From NCBI GenBank assembly GCA_965242525.1, contig OZ251459.1, positions 704,001 through 768,000 on the forward strand: DNA of 64,000 nucleotides. The letters run 5' to 3'. Source of the DNA: an uncultured Candidatus Binatia bacterium (GTDB lineage Bacteria > Desulfobacterota > Binatia > UBA9968 > JAJDTQ01). Below are positions 10,101 to 19,505 of the stretch, one piece after another; positions within the stretch are counted from its first letter, which is position 1; each line of letters begins with the position of its first letter. Below the pieces are notes generated by a model that saw only the letters and a list, made by a program, of their open reading frames with translations, was not told the origin of the DNA and made no database searches. Both the position numbers and the translations under genes were made by a program.

Positions 10101-11672
10101 ATGAGCGTTCCCGGTGATGGCGCCGCCAAGCGCAAGCTGCCCATCGGCGTCCAGACTTTCCGCAAGATCCGGGAGGGCGGCTGCTACTACGTGGACAAGA
10201 CCCCCTGGGTCCGGCGGCTGGTGGACGAAGGCGAGCAGTACTTCCTCTCCCGACCCCGGCGCTTCGGCAAGAGCCTCCTGCTGGACACCATCAAGGAACT
10301 CTTCGAGGGCAGCGAGGAACTCTTCCGGGGACTCGCCATCCACGACCACTGGGACTGGGACGCGCGCTTCCCCGTGGTGCGGTTGAGCTTCGGCAGCGGC
10401 AACTACAAGGACCCGGACTGGCTGGAGGAAGACGTGACGGACCAGTTCGACGACCTGGAGAAGAGCGCCGGCATGGACGCACGGGCCGGCAGCGGTCCGG
10501 CCCGCCTCCGGCGTCTCGTCCGGTCGCTGCACCAAAGCACGGGGCGCCGTGTGGTGGTGCTGGTGGACGAGTACGACAAGCCCATACTCGACGCCCTGGG
10601 GACCCCGGAGGTGGCCAAGGCCAACCGGGACTACCTGCGCGGGCTGTACTCCGTCATCAAGGACTGTGACCCGCACATCAAGTTCACCTTGCTCACCGGG
10701 GTCAGCAAGTTCTCCAAGGTGAGCCTCTTCTCCGGGTTGAACAACCTGAAAGACATCACCCTGGACCCGCGCTATTCCGCGGTCTGCGGCTACACGGACC
10801 GGGACCTGGACGCCGTGTTCGCGCCCGAACTGCCCGGCCTGGACCGGGACGAGATACGCCGCTGGTACAACGGCTACTCCTGGCGGGGCGACGAGAAGGT
10901 TTACAACCCCTTCGACGTCCTGCTGCTGTTCGACACCCGCGAGTTCCAAGCCCACTGGTTCGAGACCGGCTCCCCCAGCTTCCTCGTCAATGCCCTGATG
11001 GAGCGCCGCGTCTCCTCCCTGGACCTGGACCGCATGGTCGGCGACGAAGAGATGCTGTCGGCCTTCGACGTGGACGAGATGGCCGTCGAGGCGTTGCTGT
11101 TCCAGACCGGCTACCTCACCATCGCCGGGGAGGATGCACAGGACGGGTCCATCGGTTACCGCCTGGCCTACCCCAACCACGAGGTCCGCCAGAGCCTGAA
11201 CCGGCACCTGCTCCTGGCCCTGCTGCCTGACGCCTCGCGGCAGAAGGCCCGGAGGAGTTCCCTTCGCAAGCTGCTGGCCGCCAACGACTTCGCCGGCCTG
11301 GAAGCGCTGTTCCGGTCCATCTTCGCCGGCATCCCCTACGAGTGGCACGTCAGGAACCCCATCCGGGACTACGAGGGCTACTACGCCAGCGTGGTCTATT
11401 CCTGCTTCGCGGCCCAGGGCCTGGACCTGATCGCCGAGGAGAGTTCGAGCGCGGGGCGTGCGGACATGACCGTGCGCTTCGATGGCAATATCTACGTGTT
11501 CGAGTTCAAGACCGTGGAGAAGGAATCCACCGGGGACGCCATACGGCAACTCAGGGAGAAGGGCTACGCGGACAAGTACCGCAGCCTGGGCCAGCCCGTC
11601 CGTCTCATCGGCGTGGAGTTCAGCAAGGCAGACCGAAACGTCACCGCTTTCGAGGTGGAAACGCCTTCCTGA
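10101..11672 (+). CDS. AAA-ATPase-like + PD-(D/E)XK nuclease (PDDEXK_9) protein
   Basis: KLPIGVQTF, SRPRRFGKS Walker A, VLVDEYDKP, GRADM...VFEFK. Confidence 0.92.
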   Translation: MSVPGDGAAKRKLPIGVQTFRKIREGGCYYVDKTPWVRRLVDEGEQYFLSRPRRFGKSLLLDTIKELFEGSEELFRGLAIHDHWDWDARFPVVRLSFGSGNYKDPDWLEEDVTDQFDDLEKSAGMDARAGSGPARLRRLVRSLHQSTGRRVVVLVDEYDKPILDALGTPEVAKANRDYLRGLYSVIKDCDPHIKFTLLTGVSKFSKVSLFSGLNNLKDITLDPRYSAVCGYTDRDLDAVFAPELPGLDRDEIRRWYNGYSWRGDEKVYNPFDVLLLFDTREFQAHWFETGSPSFLVNALMERRVSSLDLDRMVGDEEMLSAFDVDEMAVEALLFQTGYLTIAGEDAQDGSIGYRLAYPNHEVRQSLNRHLLLALLPDASRQKARRSSLRKLLAANDFAGLEALFRSIFAGIPYEWHVRNPIRDYEGYYASVVYSCFAAQGLDLIAEESSSAGRADMTVRFDGNIYVFEFKTVEKESTGDAIRQLREKGYADKYRSLGQPVRLIGVEFSKADRNVTAFEVETPS

Positions 11673-11737
11673 TTCCCCGTCCCCGGTTCCTTGACACTGG
11701 GCGCCCCGTCTCTGGCGCCCGTGAAAGCCCCGCCTCC

Positions 11738-11827
11738 GTCATTCCCGCGAAAGCGGGAATCCAGACCCTGCGAGCAAACCCCATGGTACCCTGTATGAAA
11801 GTGGATTCCCGCTTTCGCGGGAATGAC
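11738..11827. repeat. REP-like family B palindromes (GTCATTCCCGCGAAAGCGGGAATCC), inverted pair
   Basis: Other copies at about 9362 (interrupted), 9583 and 38436; ATTCCC-N8-GGGAAT core. Confidence 0.85.
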
Positions 11828-11965
11828 GAGTGTGAGCTTTCGCGGGAATGACAGACCTTTGATTTCTGGCGTCTTCCGGCTTTTGTGCGGCAGGATTCCA
11901 CGGGTGTAGCCTCCCGTCCCCTCAAGGCGCGGCCGGGTGGGACGTACTCCGGGATTCCATCCGGG

Positions 11966-12904
11966 TCACCTCGCCGTCAGCCGTCCCGGGTTGCGCTTCA
12001 TGGCGGTCTCCACGTCTTCCCGTGAGACGCCTTCGGCCATGAGCCCCGCGGCCAGCCTGGCCAGTCCTTCCGCGGGGCTCATCCGGTCCACCTGTCCCAG
12101 GTCCGTGGACAGGACCACGCGGTCGGCGCCCACCTGCCGGAAGACCGCGGCGGTGTCCGCGAACGATACCGCGCCCATGTCCACCAGGACGTAGCTGAGT
12201 TCGACGTACGCTCCGGCCCCGGCCAGCTCCCTTAGGTCGCCGACGTCGAGGGCCGGCGGGTCGTAGCAGGGGTGGGTGACGACCACCTTCTCGACACCGA
12301 GGGCGCCGGCCCGCTCCATCACGTGGAACACCTCGTCCCGTCCCACGTGTCCGGTGGCCAGCGTCAGCCCTTCGCCGGCCGCGATGCGCATCACTTCGTC
12401 CAGGAGGGGCCGCCATCCGGGGGCGAGCACGTCGATGGGCTCCACCTGGTGAAGGGGCTGGGCCATGGCGGAGACGGCGCCGCCGCACCACTCGGGCGGG
12501 ATGTCGTACTGCTCCCCTTCGCCGTGGCGCGCGGTGAGGTGGGCCGCGGCGTGGACCGTGGGCAGCCACACCACCTTGAGGTAGGGCTCGTTGCCTTCCG
12601 ACGGTCCCAAGGCGCCGCGCACCGCCGCGGGGTTGACGCCGCCCACGTAGTGGTTGAGCGTCACCGAGCCGTGGAGGCGGAATCCGGTGACCCGGTGGGC
12701 CATCTGGGCCCAGCTCCCGGTGGCCGCCATGTGCGACTTGACCACGACTCCGGCCAACCCCGACTCGCATGCGTGCAGGGCCAGGGACACGGCGTCGTAA
12801 CGCCGGGGGATGCCCTCGGGTCCGCAGTGGACGTGGAGGTCCACGGCTCCGCCCACGTCGAAGTCCGCGCCGGTGGCCGCGCCGCGCCGCGGGTCGTGGC
12901 TCAT
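11966..12904 (-). CDS. DUF6282-like amidohydrolase-superfamily protein
   Basis: DLHVHCGP, VVKSH, LATGH, VVTHP and LSTDLGQ motifs. Confidence 0.8.
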   Translation of the reverse strand: MSHDPRRGAATGADFDVGGAVDLHVHCGPEGIPRRYDAVSLALHACESGLAGVVVKSHMAATGSWAQMAHRVTGFRLHGSVTLNHYVGGVNPAAVRGALGPSEGNEPYLKVVWLPTVHAAAHLTARHGEGEQYDIPPEWCGGAVSAMAQPLHQVEPIDVLAPGWRPLLDEVMRIAAGEGLTLATGHVGRDEVFHVMERAGALGVEKVVVTHPCYDPPALDVGDLRELAGAGAYVELSYVLVDMGAVSFADTAAVFRQVGADRVVLSTDLGQVDRMSPAEGLARLAAGLMAEGVSREDVETAMKRNPGRLTAR

Positions 12905-14139
12905 GCCGCGCCGCAGACGTCCATGGCGGTATGGGCCAGCACCTTGGCGCATTCCACCATCTCGCTGATGAAGACGTAGCCGCCGTCCGGGCCGGACTCC
13001 AGGAAGCCGCCGCCGGGTCCGTAGTGCAGGCACGGGATGCCGTGCTTCCACAACCAGCAACTGTCGCCCGCGGAGTAGGACATGGGCAGGCAGGCGCCGA
13101 TGAGGTTGGGGGGCGAGCCCGTGACCCGCCGGTGGTTCCGCGCCACCGCCTGGACGATGGGCGTGTCCCGGGGCACGTCCAGGGGGTCCATCACCAGCCG
13201 CCGACACCCCTCGAAGAACGCGGGCGGCGGGGTCTCGACGGCGTAGTCGAAACGTGGGTCCGTCTCCTTGAGGGGGTCGAGGGCGCGCTCCACGTCGGCG
13301 ATGACCGAGGCCGCGGTCTGTCCGGGCACGAAGTGCACGTCCACGATGATCGTGCACAGGTCGGGCACGTAGGGCGGCTCGGTGAGCACGTAGCCGTCGC
13401 CCCGGCCGCCGATGATGCTGCCCACGTTCAGGCGGGGCAGGGCAGGCAGGTCGGCCCTCGGGGTATGGGAGAACTCGACGCTCCGCAGGGCTTCGATGAC
13501 CCGGGTCATCTGCTCTACCGCGTTGACCGTTTCCTCGACCCTGCTGACGTGCCCGGTGACGCCGTAGGTGTGGACCGCGAAATGGACGATGCCGCCGTGC
13601 ACGGTCACCAGGTTCCCCAGGCCGAAGGGTTCGGGCAGCACCGCCATGTCAGTCCGAAAGCCGCTCTCCATGAGGTGGCGCGTGCCTTCTCCCCCCTGGG
13701 TCTCTCCCACCACGCAGGCCAGCACCAGGTCTCCGCGCAACCGGACTCCCGCCTGGCGGACGGCTTCGGCCGCGGCGATCATGGAGGCCACGCCGCCCTT
13801 CATGTTCTGGACCCCGTGGCCGTAGAGTCGGTCGCCCTCCACCACCGGAGTCCAGGGGTCCCGCTTGCCGCCGCGGGTAAGGGAGTTGATGTCGATGTGT
13901 CCGTTGAACATGAGGCTCGGGCCGCCTCCCGTACCCGGCAGGGTGGCGATGGCCTGGAGGCGCCCGGGCTCCACCTCCTGCATGGTCACCCGGTACCCCC
14001 GGTCCGAGAGGTAGTCCCGCAGGAACAGGGCCGCGGGGGTCTCGTTCGGACAGAAGCTCGGGATCCTGACGAGCTCTCCGGCAAGGTCCACCAGCGCCGC
14101 GGGGTCAACGTCCATGTGGGGGATGGTCACGGGGGTCAT
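12901..14139 (-). CDS. M20 family deacylase (ArgE/DapE-like)
   Basis: LMFNGHID, LYGHGVQNMKGG, VGETQGG, HYGPG. Confidence 0.88.
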   Translation of the reverse strand: MTPVTIPHMDVDPAALVDLAGELVRIPSFCPNETPAALFLRDYLSDRGYRVTMQEVEPGRLQAIATLPGTGGGPSLMFNGHIDINSLTRGGKRDPWTPVVEGDRLYGHGVQNMKGGVASMIAAAEAVRQAGVRLRGDLVLACVVGETQGGEGTRHLMESGFRTDMAVLPEPFGLGNLVTVHGGIVHFAVHTYGVTGHVSRVEETVNAVEQMTRVIEALRSVEFSHTPRADLPALPRLNVGSIIGGRGDGYVLTEPPYVPDLCTIIVDVHFVPGQTAASVIADVERALDPLKETDPRFDYAVETPPPAFFEGCRRLVMDPLDVPRDTPIVQAVARNHRRVTGSPPNLIGACLPMSYSAGDSCWLWKHGIPCLHYGPGGGFLESGPDGGYVFISEMVECAKVLAHTAMDVCGAA

Positions 14140-14170
14140 CCGGTGGGAAGGGGTCCTGCCGCCGGCGGGG

Positions 14171-15463
14171 TCACGAGGCCGCGTCGGCCAGCCGCAGCAC
14201 CATGCCGGCCATGAGCATGGCGCCGTGGGCCAACGCCTTCTCGTCCAGGTCGAAGGTGGCGGTGTGGTGTCCCGATGGGGCGCCCCCGCCCAGGAGGAAG
14301 TAGAGGGACTTGCCGCCTCGTTCCTGGACCCGGCGCATGAAGTAGGTGGCGTCCTCGCCGCCTCCCAGGGGGCGTGCGTCGTGGACGCGAAAGTCCACGG
14401 GCAGCGCCCGGGCCACGGCCGCCAGGTGGTCCTTGAGCTCCCGGTCCGACTTCCCGCCGATGGTGCGGCCGGTGACCTCGGTGTCGGCTTCGACCCCCTG
14501 GAGCGCGGCCGCGCCTTCGATGCAGCGCTGCGCGCCTGCCTCCATGAGATCGCAGATTTCGTCCGTGCCGCCGCGCACCTCGTACTTGATATGGGCCCGG
14601 GACGCCACCACGTTGGTTCCCGTGCCCGCGTTCAGCACGCCGACGTTGACGAACGTGGCGCCCTGGCCGTGCCGGGGCAGGGCGTGCAGGGCAAGGGTGG
14701 CCTGGCAGGCCGCCAGCAGCGCGTTGCGGCCGCGCTCGGGGGCGCCGCCCGCGTGGGAGGCCGCGCCGCGGAAGCGCGTCTCCATCTTGACGGACGAGAG
14801 GAAATGGGTGGCCTCCAGGGCCACTTCCCCCAGCGGCAGCCCGGGCCCGCCCATGTGGAGGCAGGCGAAGTAGTCCGCGTCGTCCACCACCCCGGCCTCC
14901 ACCATGGGGTGGGCGCCGCGGCCTCCTTCCTCCGCGGGCTGGAACAAGAGCTTCAGCCGGCCCCGCCAGTCCGGGCTCTCGGCCAGCAGCGCCGCGGCGC
15001 CAAGGCCGATGGCCACGTGGGCGTCGTGCCCGCAGGCGTGCATCACCGCGGGCTTCCCGGAAGCGAACCCGCCGGCCGCCGGACGGTGCCCGGCCTCGGA
15101 CGACTCGGCCACCTCGGTGGCGTCCATGTCGAAGCGCAGCGCCACGGTAGGGCCGGAGCCGCGCTCCAGGATGCCCACGGCCCCGGGCGTCTCCACCTCC
15201 CGGCCCAACGCGCCCGCCTGGGCGCGGCTCTCCCGCACCGCCTGCTCATCCGGCCACCCGCGCACCGCGTCCGCACGAACGCAGTCCGCTCCCGTCTCCA
15301 CCCGGTACCCGAGCTCCCGCAGCCGCCGGACCACCATGCCAGTGGTACGAAACTCGGTCCACCCCGCCTCCGGATGCCGGTGCAGGCTGCGCCGCACCTC
15401 GATCATCCCGGGGAGCTTCCCCTCGCACCGCTCCGCCAGTCCCTTCAGGTACTCGTGCGCCAT
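14171..15463 (-). CDS. M20D amidohydrolase (AbgA-like)
   Basis: HRHPEAGWTE, RFDMDA, MHACGHDAH, FQPAEEG, GGEDA. Confidence 0.9.
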   Translation of the reverse strand: MAHEYLKGLAERCEGKLPGMIEVRRSLHRHPEAGWTEFRTTGMVVRRLRELGYRVETGADCVRADAVRGWPDEQAVRESRAQAGALGREVETPGAVGILERGSGPTVALRFDMDATEVAESSEAGHRPAAGGFASGKPAVMHACGHDAHVAIGLGAAALLAESPDWRGRLKLLFQPAEEGGRGAHPMVEAGVVDDADYFACLHMGGPGLPLGEVALEATHFLSSVKMETRFRGAASHAGGAPERGRNALLAACQATLALHALPRHGQGATFVNVGVLNAGTGTNVVASRAHIKYEVRGGTDEICDLMEAGAQRCIEGAAALQGVEADTEVTGRTIGGKSDRELKDHLAAVARALPVDFRVHDARPLGGGEDATYFMRRVQERGGKSLYFLLGGGAPSGHHTATFDLDEKALAHGAMLMAGMVLRLADAAS

Positions 15464-15524
15464 GACGCCTTCATAACCTTGATGCGGACCGGAGGCAACG
15501 ACGGAACCCTGCTTTGACCCATTG

Positions 15525-17114
15525 TCACATGCCCCACACCGTGACCGGCGCTCCGCCTTCCGTTTCTTCGCGGCGGTACACCCGCTCGTCCCATGACCTG
15601 TCCCGGGTGCGGTCGAAGATCACCAGGTGTCCTTCGGTCGCGGCGCAACGGTCCATGTAGGCGCGTGTTTGCGTGAGACCCTGCCGGAGGGTCTCGTCGA
15701 GGCCCCGGTGCAGCACCTTGCACTCGATGACGATTTTCTGCGTCCGGTCGGCGTCTCCCGCCACCGGCCGGACCATCAGCAGGTCCGTCCGCATGCGCCC
15801 CAGTCCGTACTCGCGCTCGATGCGCCCGCCGCCGTTGACGACGCGCTGCAGGAACGCCTGCAACAACAACTGCGGTCCGGCCTCCCGGTACTGGAACCGC
15901 TCCATCCAGTGCTCCGAGTGTTCGCGGAAGAACGTCTGGAACGCGGCCAGCAGCCCGTTCGTCCGCAGCCCGCCGTCGTCGTCCACGTACCATGCGGGCT
16001 CGTGATGGATGTTCATGGCCTGGGTGGTGTAGGTGAGGTCCCGGGGGATCACTTCCCGGTAGATGGGGTTGGCGATGGCTACGGGATCGTCTCGCGCCAC
16101 CAGCCCCAGGTCGCGCGCGTACTGCAGGTCGTCGGGCGGAATGGAGTCGGTGGAGGGGATGCCGCTCAGGATGGGTTCCACCACCCGGCGCACGCGTTCT
16201 TCCCGGAGCTTGTCCGCGAGCTGGTCCAGGTGCGTGTCGCGGCGCAGGATCAACCGCTCGCGGGCCCGTTGCACCGCCTCCACGTCGATGGGGTCGGAGG
16301 CTTCGGGGGCATGGTCCACGATCTCCGCGCCGAGGGCGTTCACCAGCCACGGCTGGCCCCGGGTCAGCTCCCAGATGAGGGCCACGGCGTCGTCGCGCCA
16401 CACACGGCCCGTCTCCGCGGCGTGTTGCGCCAGCAGCGCCCGGGTCTGGGCTTCGGAGAAGTCCCCGAGGCGCAACGAAGCGGCCTTGACGTTGAAGGCG
16501 CTGCCGCCGGTCACCAGCGCGCCTTCGCCGAGCGAGTGGATCCGGTAGTCCCGCACGTCGCGCACGCCGCAAAGGATCACGCTCTGGGGAAAGCGTTGCG
16601 GGCGCTGGTCGTACCCGGCCCGGAGTTGCCGCAGGACCGTCAGGAGGGTATCGCCCAGCAGCGCGTCGATCTCGTCCACCAGGAGCACCAGAGGGATCCG
16701 GTCCTCCTGCGCCCAGCGGCTCAGAACCTCCTCGAAGGCGCCGTAAGGTCCGGCTCGGTCCAGGGCCTCCGGCCAGATGCGGGCCACGAAGTCGTCGTCC
16801 ATCGTAGCGCACGCCCGGAGCGCCATGTGGTTGAGGATCGCCCGCATGGCCGCGCCCACGTCTTCCCGCGCCGCCTGGGCGCTCTCCACGTTGACGTGCA
16901 CGCAACGGTAGGCGCCGTTGCGGTTCAACCGCTCCATCAACGCCAGCAGCGCGGAGGTCTTGCCGGTCTGCCGCGGCGCGTGCAGCACGAAATACCGCCG
17001 CTGGCCGATCAGGCGCAGCACGTGGTCGGCGTCGAGGCGCTCCAGCGGTGGAATGCAGTAGTGGTCCCGCGCATCCACGGGACCGGTGGTGTTGAAGAGA
17101 CGCACTTTCCCCAA
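15525..17114 (-). CDS. AAA+ ATP-binding protein with C-terminal PD-(D/E)XK-like domain
   Basis: FNTTGP, HAPRQTGKTS Walker A, LLVDEID, REYGLGRMRTDL...IECK; start may be the GTG at 17105. Confidence 0.88.
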   Translation of the reverse strand: MGKVRLFNTTGPVDARDHYCIPPLERLDADHVLRLIGQRRYFVLHAPRQTGKTSALLALMERLNRNGAYRCVHVNVESAQAAREDVGAAMRAILNHMALRACATMDDDFVARIWPEALDRAGPYGAFEEVLSRWAQEDRIPLVLLVDEIDALLGDTLLTVLRQLRAGYDQRPQRFPQSVILCGVRDVRDYRIHSLGEGALVTGGSAFNVKAASLRLGDFSEAQTRALLAQHAAETGRVWRDDAVALIWELTRGQPWLVNALGAEIVDHAPEASDPIDVEAVQRARERLILRRDTHLDQLADKLREERVRRVVEPILSGIPSTDSIPPDDLQYARDLGLVARDDPVAIANPIYREVIPRDLTYTTQAMNIHHEPAWYVDDDGGLRTNGLLAAFQTFFREHSEHWMERFQYREAGPQLLLQAFLQRVVNGGGRIEREYGLGRMRTDLLMVRPVAGDADRTQKIVIECKVLHRGLDETLRQGLTQTRAYMDRCAATEGHLVIFDRTRDRSWDERVYRREETEGGAPVTVWGM

Positions 17115-17418
17115 GTCAATCCAAGTCTTTGATTTCCTTAAGGTTTCTTCTACATCGGGCTTTCCCGGAAGTCAAGGGGAAACTGGCGGGAAAATCGGGT
17201 CCCTGGGAAGGTTCCGGGGACCTCGCATGCGCCGTCTCCGGGGTCAGCCCGTGGGGTCCGGGTGCCGTCTTCGAGGCGCCGTCAGGGAAGCCGTCCCTGG
17301 AAGCGGTGGGAAGCCCGTGGGGACGCGGGAAGCCGGTCAAGGTGAGATGGGAAGGGATGGAGAGAAGACGCCGCCCACGGCGTTCCTGGGCGTCCGTGGG
17401 CGGCGTCTTCGGTTGGGG

Positions 17419-17724
17419 TCAAAAGCGGCCCTCAGGGTCATGACGCCAATACTCGGGATAGAATATTCTCATATATTCCCAGAAGTCGGTACCGCCAGCG
17501 ACCGCCTGCAAATCGCCCTCGTTCAGCCTGCTGGTGGGTGGCAGTACCAGATGCGCAACATCGGCGCTCTCTTCGTGGACTTCGACGGAGATGGACGCCG
17601 GAATAGTGACGCCGAACTCCTGCCCGATGGCTCCCTTCGGGTCACTAAGCAACCGGGCTCGGAAGTCTGCGTCCTCTATCGCCTTGCCCACAATTTTCAT
17701 CCGCATTTCATTTTGTGTTTCCAT
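17419..17724 (-). CDS. NHLP-leader (nitrile hydratase-like leader) RiPP precursor
   Basis: KAIEDADFRARLLSDPK...HLVLPP...DLQAVAGG double-glycine leader; core TDFWEYMRIFYPEYWRHDPEGRF. Confidence 0.9.
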   Translation of the reverse strand: METQNEMRMKIVGKAIEDADFRARLLSDPKGAIGQEFGVTIPASISVEVHEESADVAHLVLPPTSRLNEGDLQAVAGGTDFWEYMRIFYPEYWRHDPEGRF

Positions 17725-17963
17725 TGGTTCCCTCCTTCCCGTTAGTCAGGCTCTCCGAAGCCCTACTGCCGTTCATGGTGGCGGCGTGCAAGAGAGAAGG
17801 TAACGAGGTTGATGTCCTCCCCGGTAGTGGAGACTGCACGCCCCAAGCCCTCGCAGCCCCCTACCACAGCAAGGGAAATCCCGTCTATACGACAACCCCT
17901 CCCTTGTCAAGACCCGCCCCCGCGCCAGGTAGAGCGGGCTTCGGAGGGCGGCGCCGTGGACCG

Positions 17964-18128
17964 TCAAGCGTCATCGTCCTCTGCGCCGTGGTCAAGCCAC
18001 TAGTTGATGGCCTGACGAACCACCGCCGAGTTTGTGACCTGCACGGACTGATGGCGTTCCGAGTAGGCTTCCACCGCCACATCAAGCAGTTCTTTCTTGA
18101 TGCTGACCAACTTGTAATCAGGATGCAT
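17964..18128 (-). pseudogene. second copy of the RHH-like gene with an in-frame TAG at codon 43
   Basis: Colinear with 9089-9253; TAC(Tyr) replaced by TAG at 18000-18002. Confidence 0.65.
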
Positions 18129-18472
18129 AGTCGTATCCCCTTTTTCAAATGGAATACTGGAAGCTAAGCATACAATCCATCAAAGTCAAGGTGCCCCTGA
18201 AAGTGCGATACGAACTAATTCCTTCAAGTATCAATTGGCGAGTTGGCGCGGGGTTGCTATTTTGACGAACATGTGATACATTTGAAATATGAGCGATGAT
18301 ACAAAACTTGAAGTAGGCTCTCCCGAGTGGTTGGCAGTAGCTCGCCGCGGTGCAATTGGACAGAGAGCATGAGCGCGTCCTTCGACTTCGCTTCGCTCAG
18401 GACGAACGGGGGTCGAGGGTCAGGGCGAGGGAATCCATCCCCCATCTCTCGTTTATCCAGACGTTCCCCAGG

Positions 18473-19447
18473 CTATTCGTCCCGGGCCAGGGCCACCACG
18501 CGCTTGCGCTGTTCCTGGGCGCCCAGGGGCATGAGCAGCGGCAGGTCCAGGCCGCCCCGGACGAACTCGTCCAGGCGCCGGCGGCAGTCCTTGGGGGTCC
18601 CGGAAAGGGAGTGGGCGTGGACCACCTCGTCGCTGATGAGGCCCTTTGCTTCGTCCCAGTCCCTTCGGCCCACCGCGTCCGCCAAGCGCTCCCGGTCCAC
18701 CGCGCCGCCGCCGAGCCGGATGTTCTCCTCGTGGTGCGGGTTGCGGAAGATGTAGGCCAGGAAGGTCCGGGCCGCATCCATGGCTTCCCGCGGGTCGTCC
18801 GCCACCGAGGCCGCGATGAAGCCCGCCGCCTTCCGCCCGCTCGGCGCGCCGGCGCGGGATTCGCCCTTGCGGAACTCCCGGACGCAGCGTTCGATGTAGG
18901 CGGGCGTGCAGCCCGCGGACAGGAGCACGCCGTCGCCCATCTCGCCGGCCAGGCGCAGCATCCGGGGGCGCACCGCGGTCATGTAGATGGGGATGGGGCT
19001 CCCCGGTGTGAGCCCCATGCGGGCTCCCCGGAAGGTGAAGACCTCGCCGTGGAACTCCACGGTCTCCCCCGCCAGCAGCCGGCGCAGCACCGTCATGTAC
19101 TCGCGCATGGTATCGATCATCCGGTCGGCGTCGATGCCGATCTCCCGGAGGGCGGTGGGATTGGCTGTGCCCGCGGTGGCCGCCACCCTGCCGGGCGCGA
19201 ACTCGTCCATGGTGGCCAGCGCCATGGCGGTGACCATGGGGTGCCGCGTGTAGGGGCTCAGGGGAGCGGGGTTCACCGTGATGCGCCGCGTGGCCCCGAG
19301 GAGGGCGGTGGCCGAAGCGATGGAGTCCCGGAAGCAGATGTGGTCGGACATCCAGATGGAATCCATGCCGGTCTCGTCCGCCATCCGCGCCAGCTCGATC
19401 ATCTCCCGGATCGAATAGAAACCGTCGAAGCACAGTCCGGCGTTCAT
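18473..19447 (-). CDS. LLM class flavin-dependent oxidoreductase
   Basis: DSIWMSDH, PYTRHP, PRMLRLAGEMGDGVLL. Confidence 0.9.
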   Translation of the reverse strand: MNAGLCFDGFYSIREMIELARMADETGMDSIWMSDHICFRDSIASATALLGATRRITVNPAPLSPYTRHPMVTAMALATMDEFAPGRVAATAGTANPTALREIGIDADRMIDTMREYMTVLRRLLAGETVEFHGEVFTFRGARMGLTPGSPIPIYMTAVRPRMLRLAGEMGDGVLLSAGCTPAYIERCVREFRKGESRAGAPSGRKAAGFIAASVADDPREAMDAARTFLAYIFRNPHHEENIRLGGGAVDRERLADAVGRRDWDEAKGLISDEVVHAHSLSGTPKDCRRRLDEFVRGGLDLPLLMPLGAQEQRKRVVALARDE

Positions 19448-19505
19448 GGGTCAACTCCCGGTTATCGGGTGGGCCAACGCGCCGCGGTCTCCGAGCGCTC
19501 GCGCC

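Larger units (their letters stand above)
17120..18152. mobile_element. putative non-autonomous cargo cassette, copy 2
   Basis: Same flanks as 6029-9274 but with NHLP precursor cargo; 17-bp perfect inverted repeat at 17364-17410. Confidence 0.6.

Noticed and set aside
18288-18372. Short ORF MSDDTKLEVGSPEWLAVARRGAIGQRA after an AT-rich promoter-like stretch
   Set aside because: Only 27 codons and ends at a REP insertion; may be a truncated remnant but cannot be supported.
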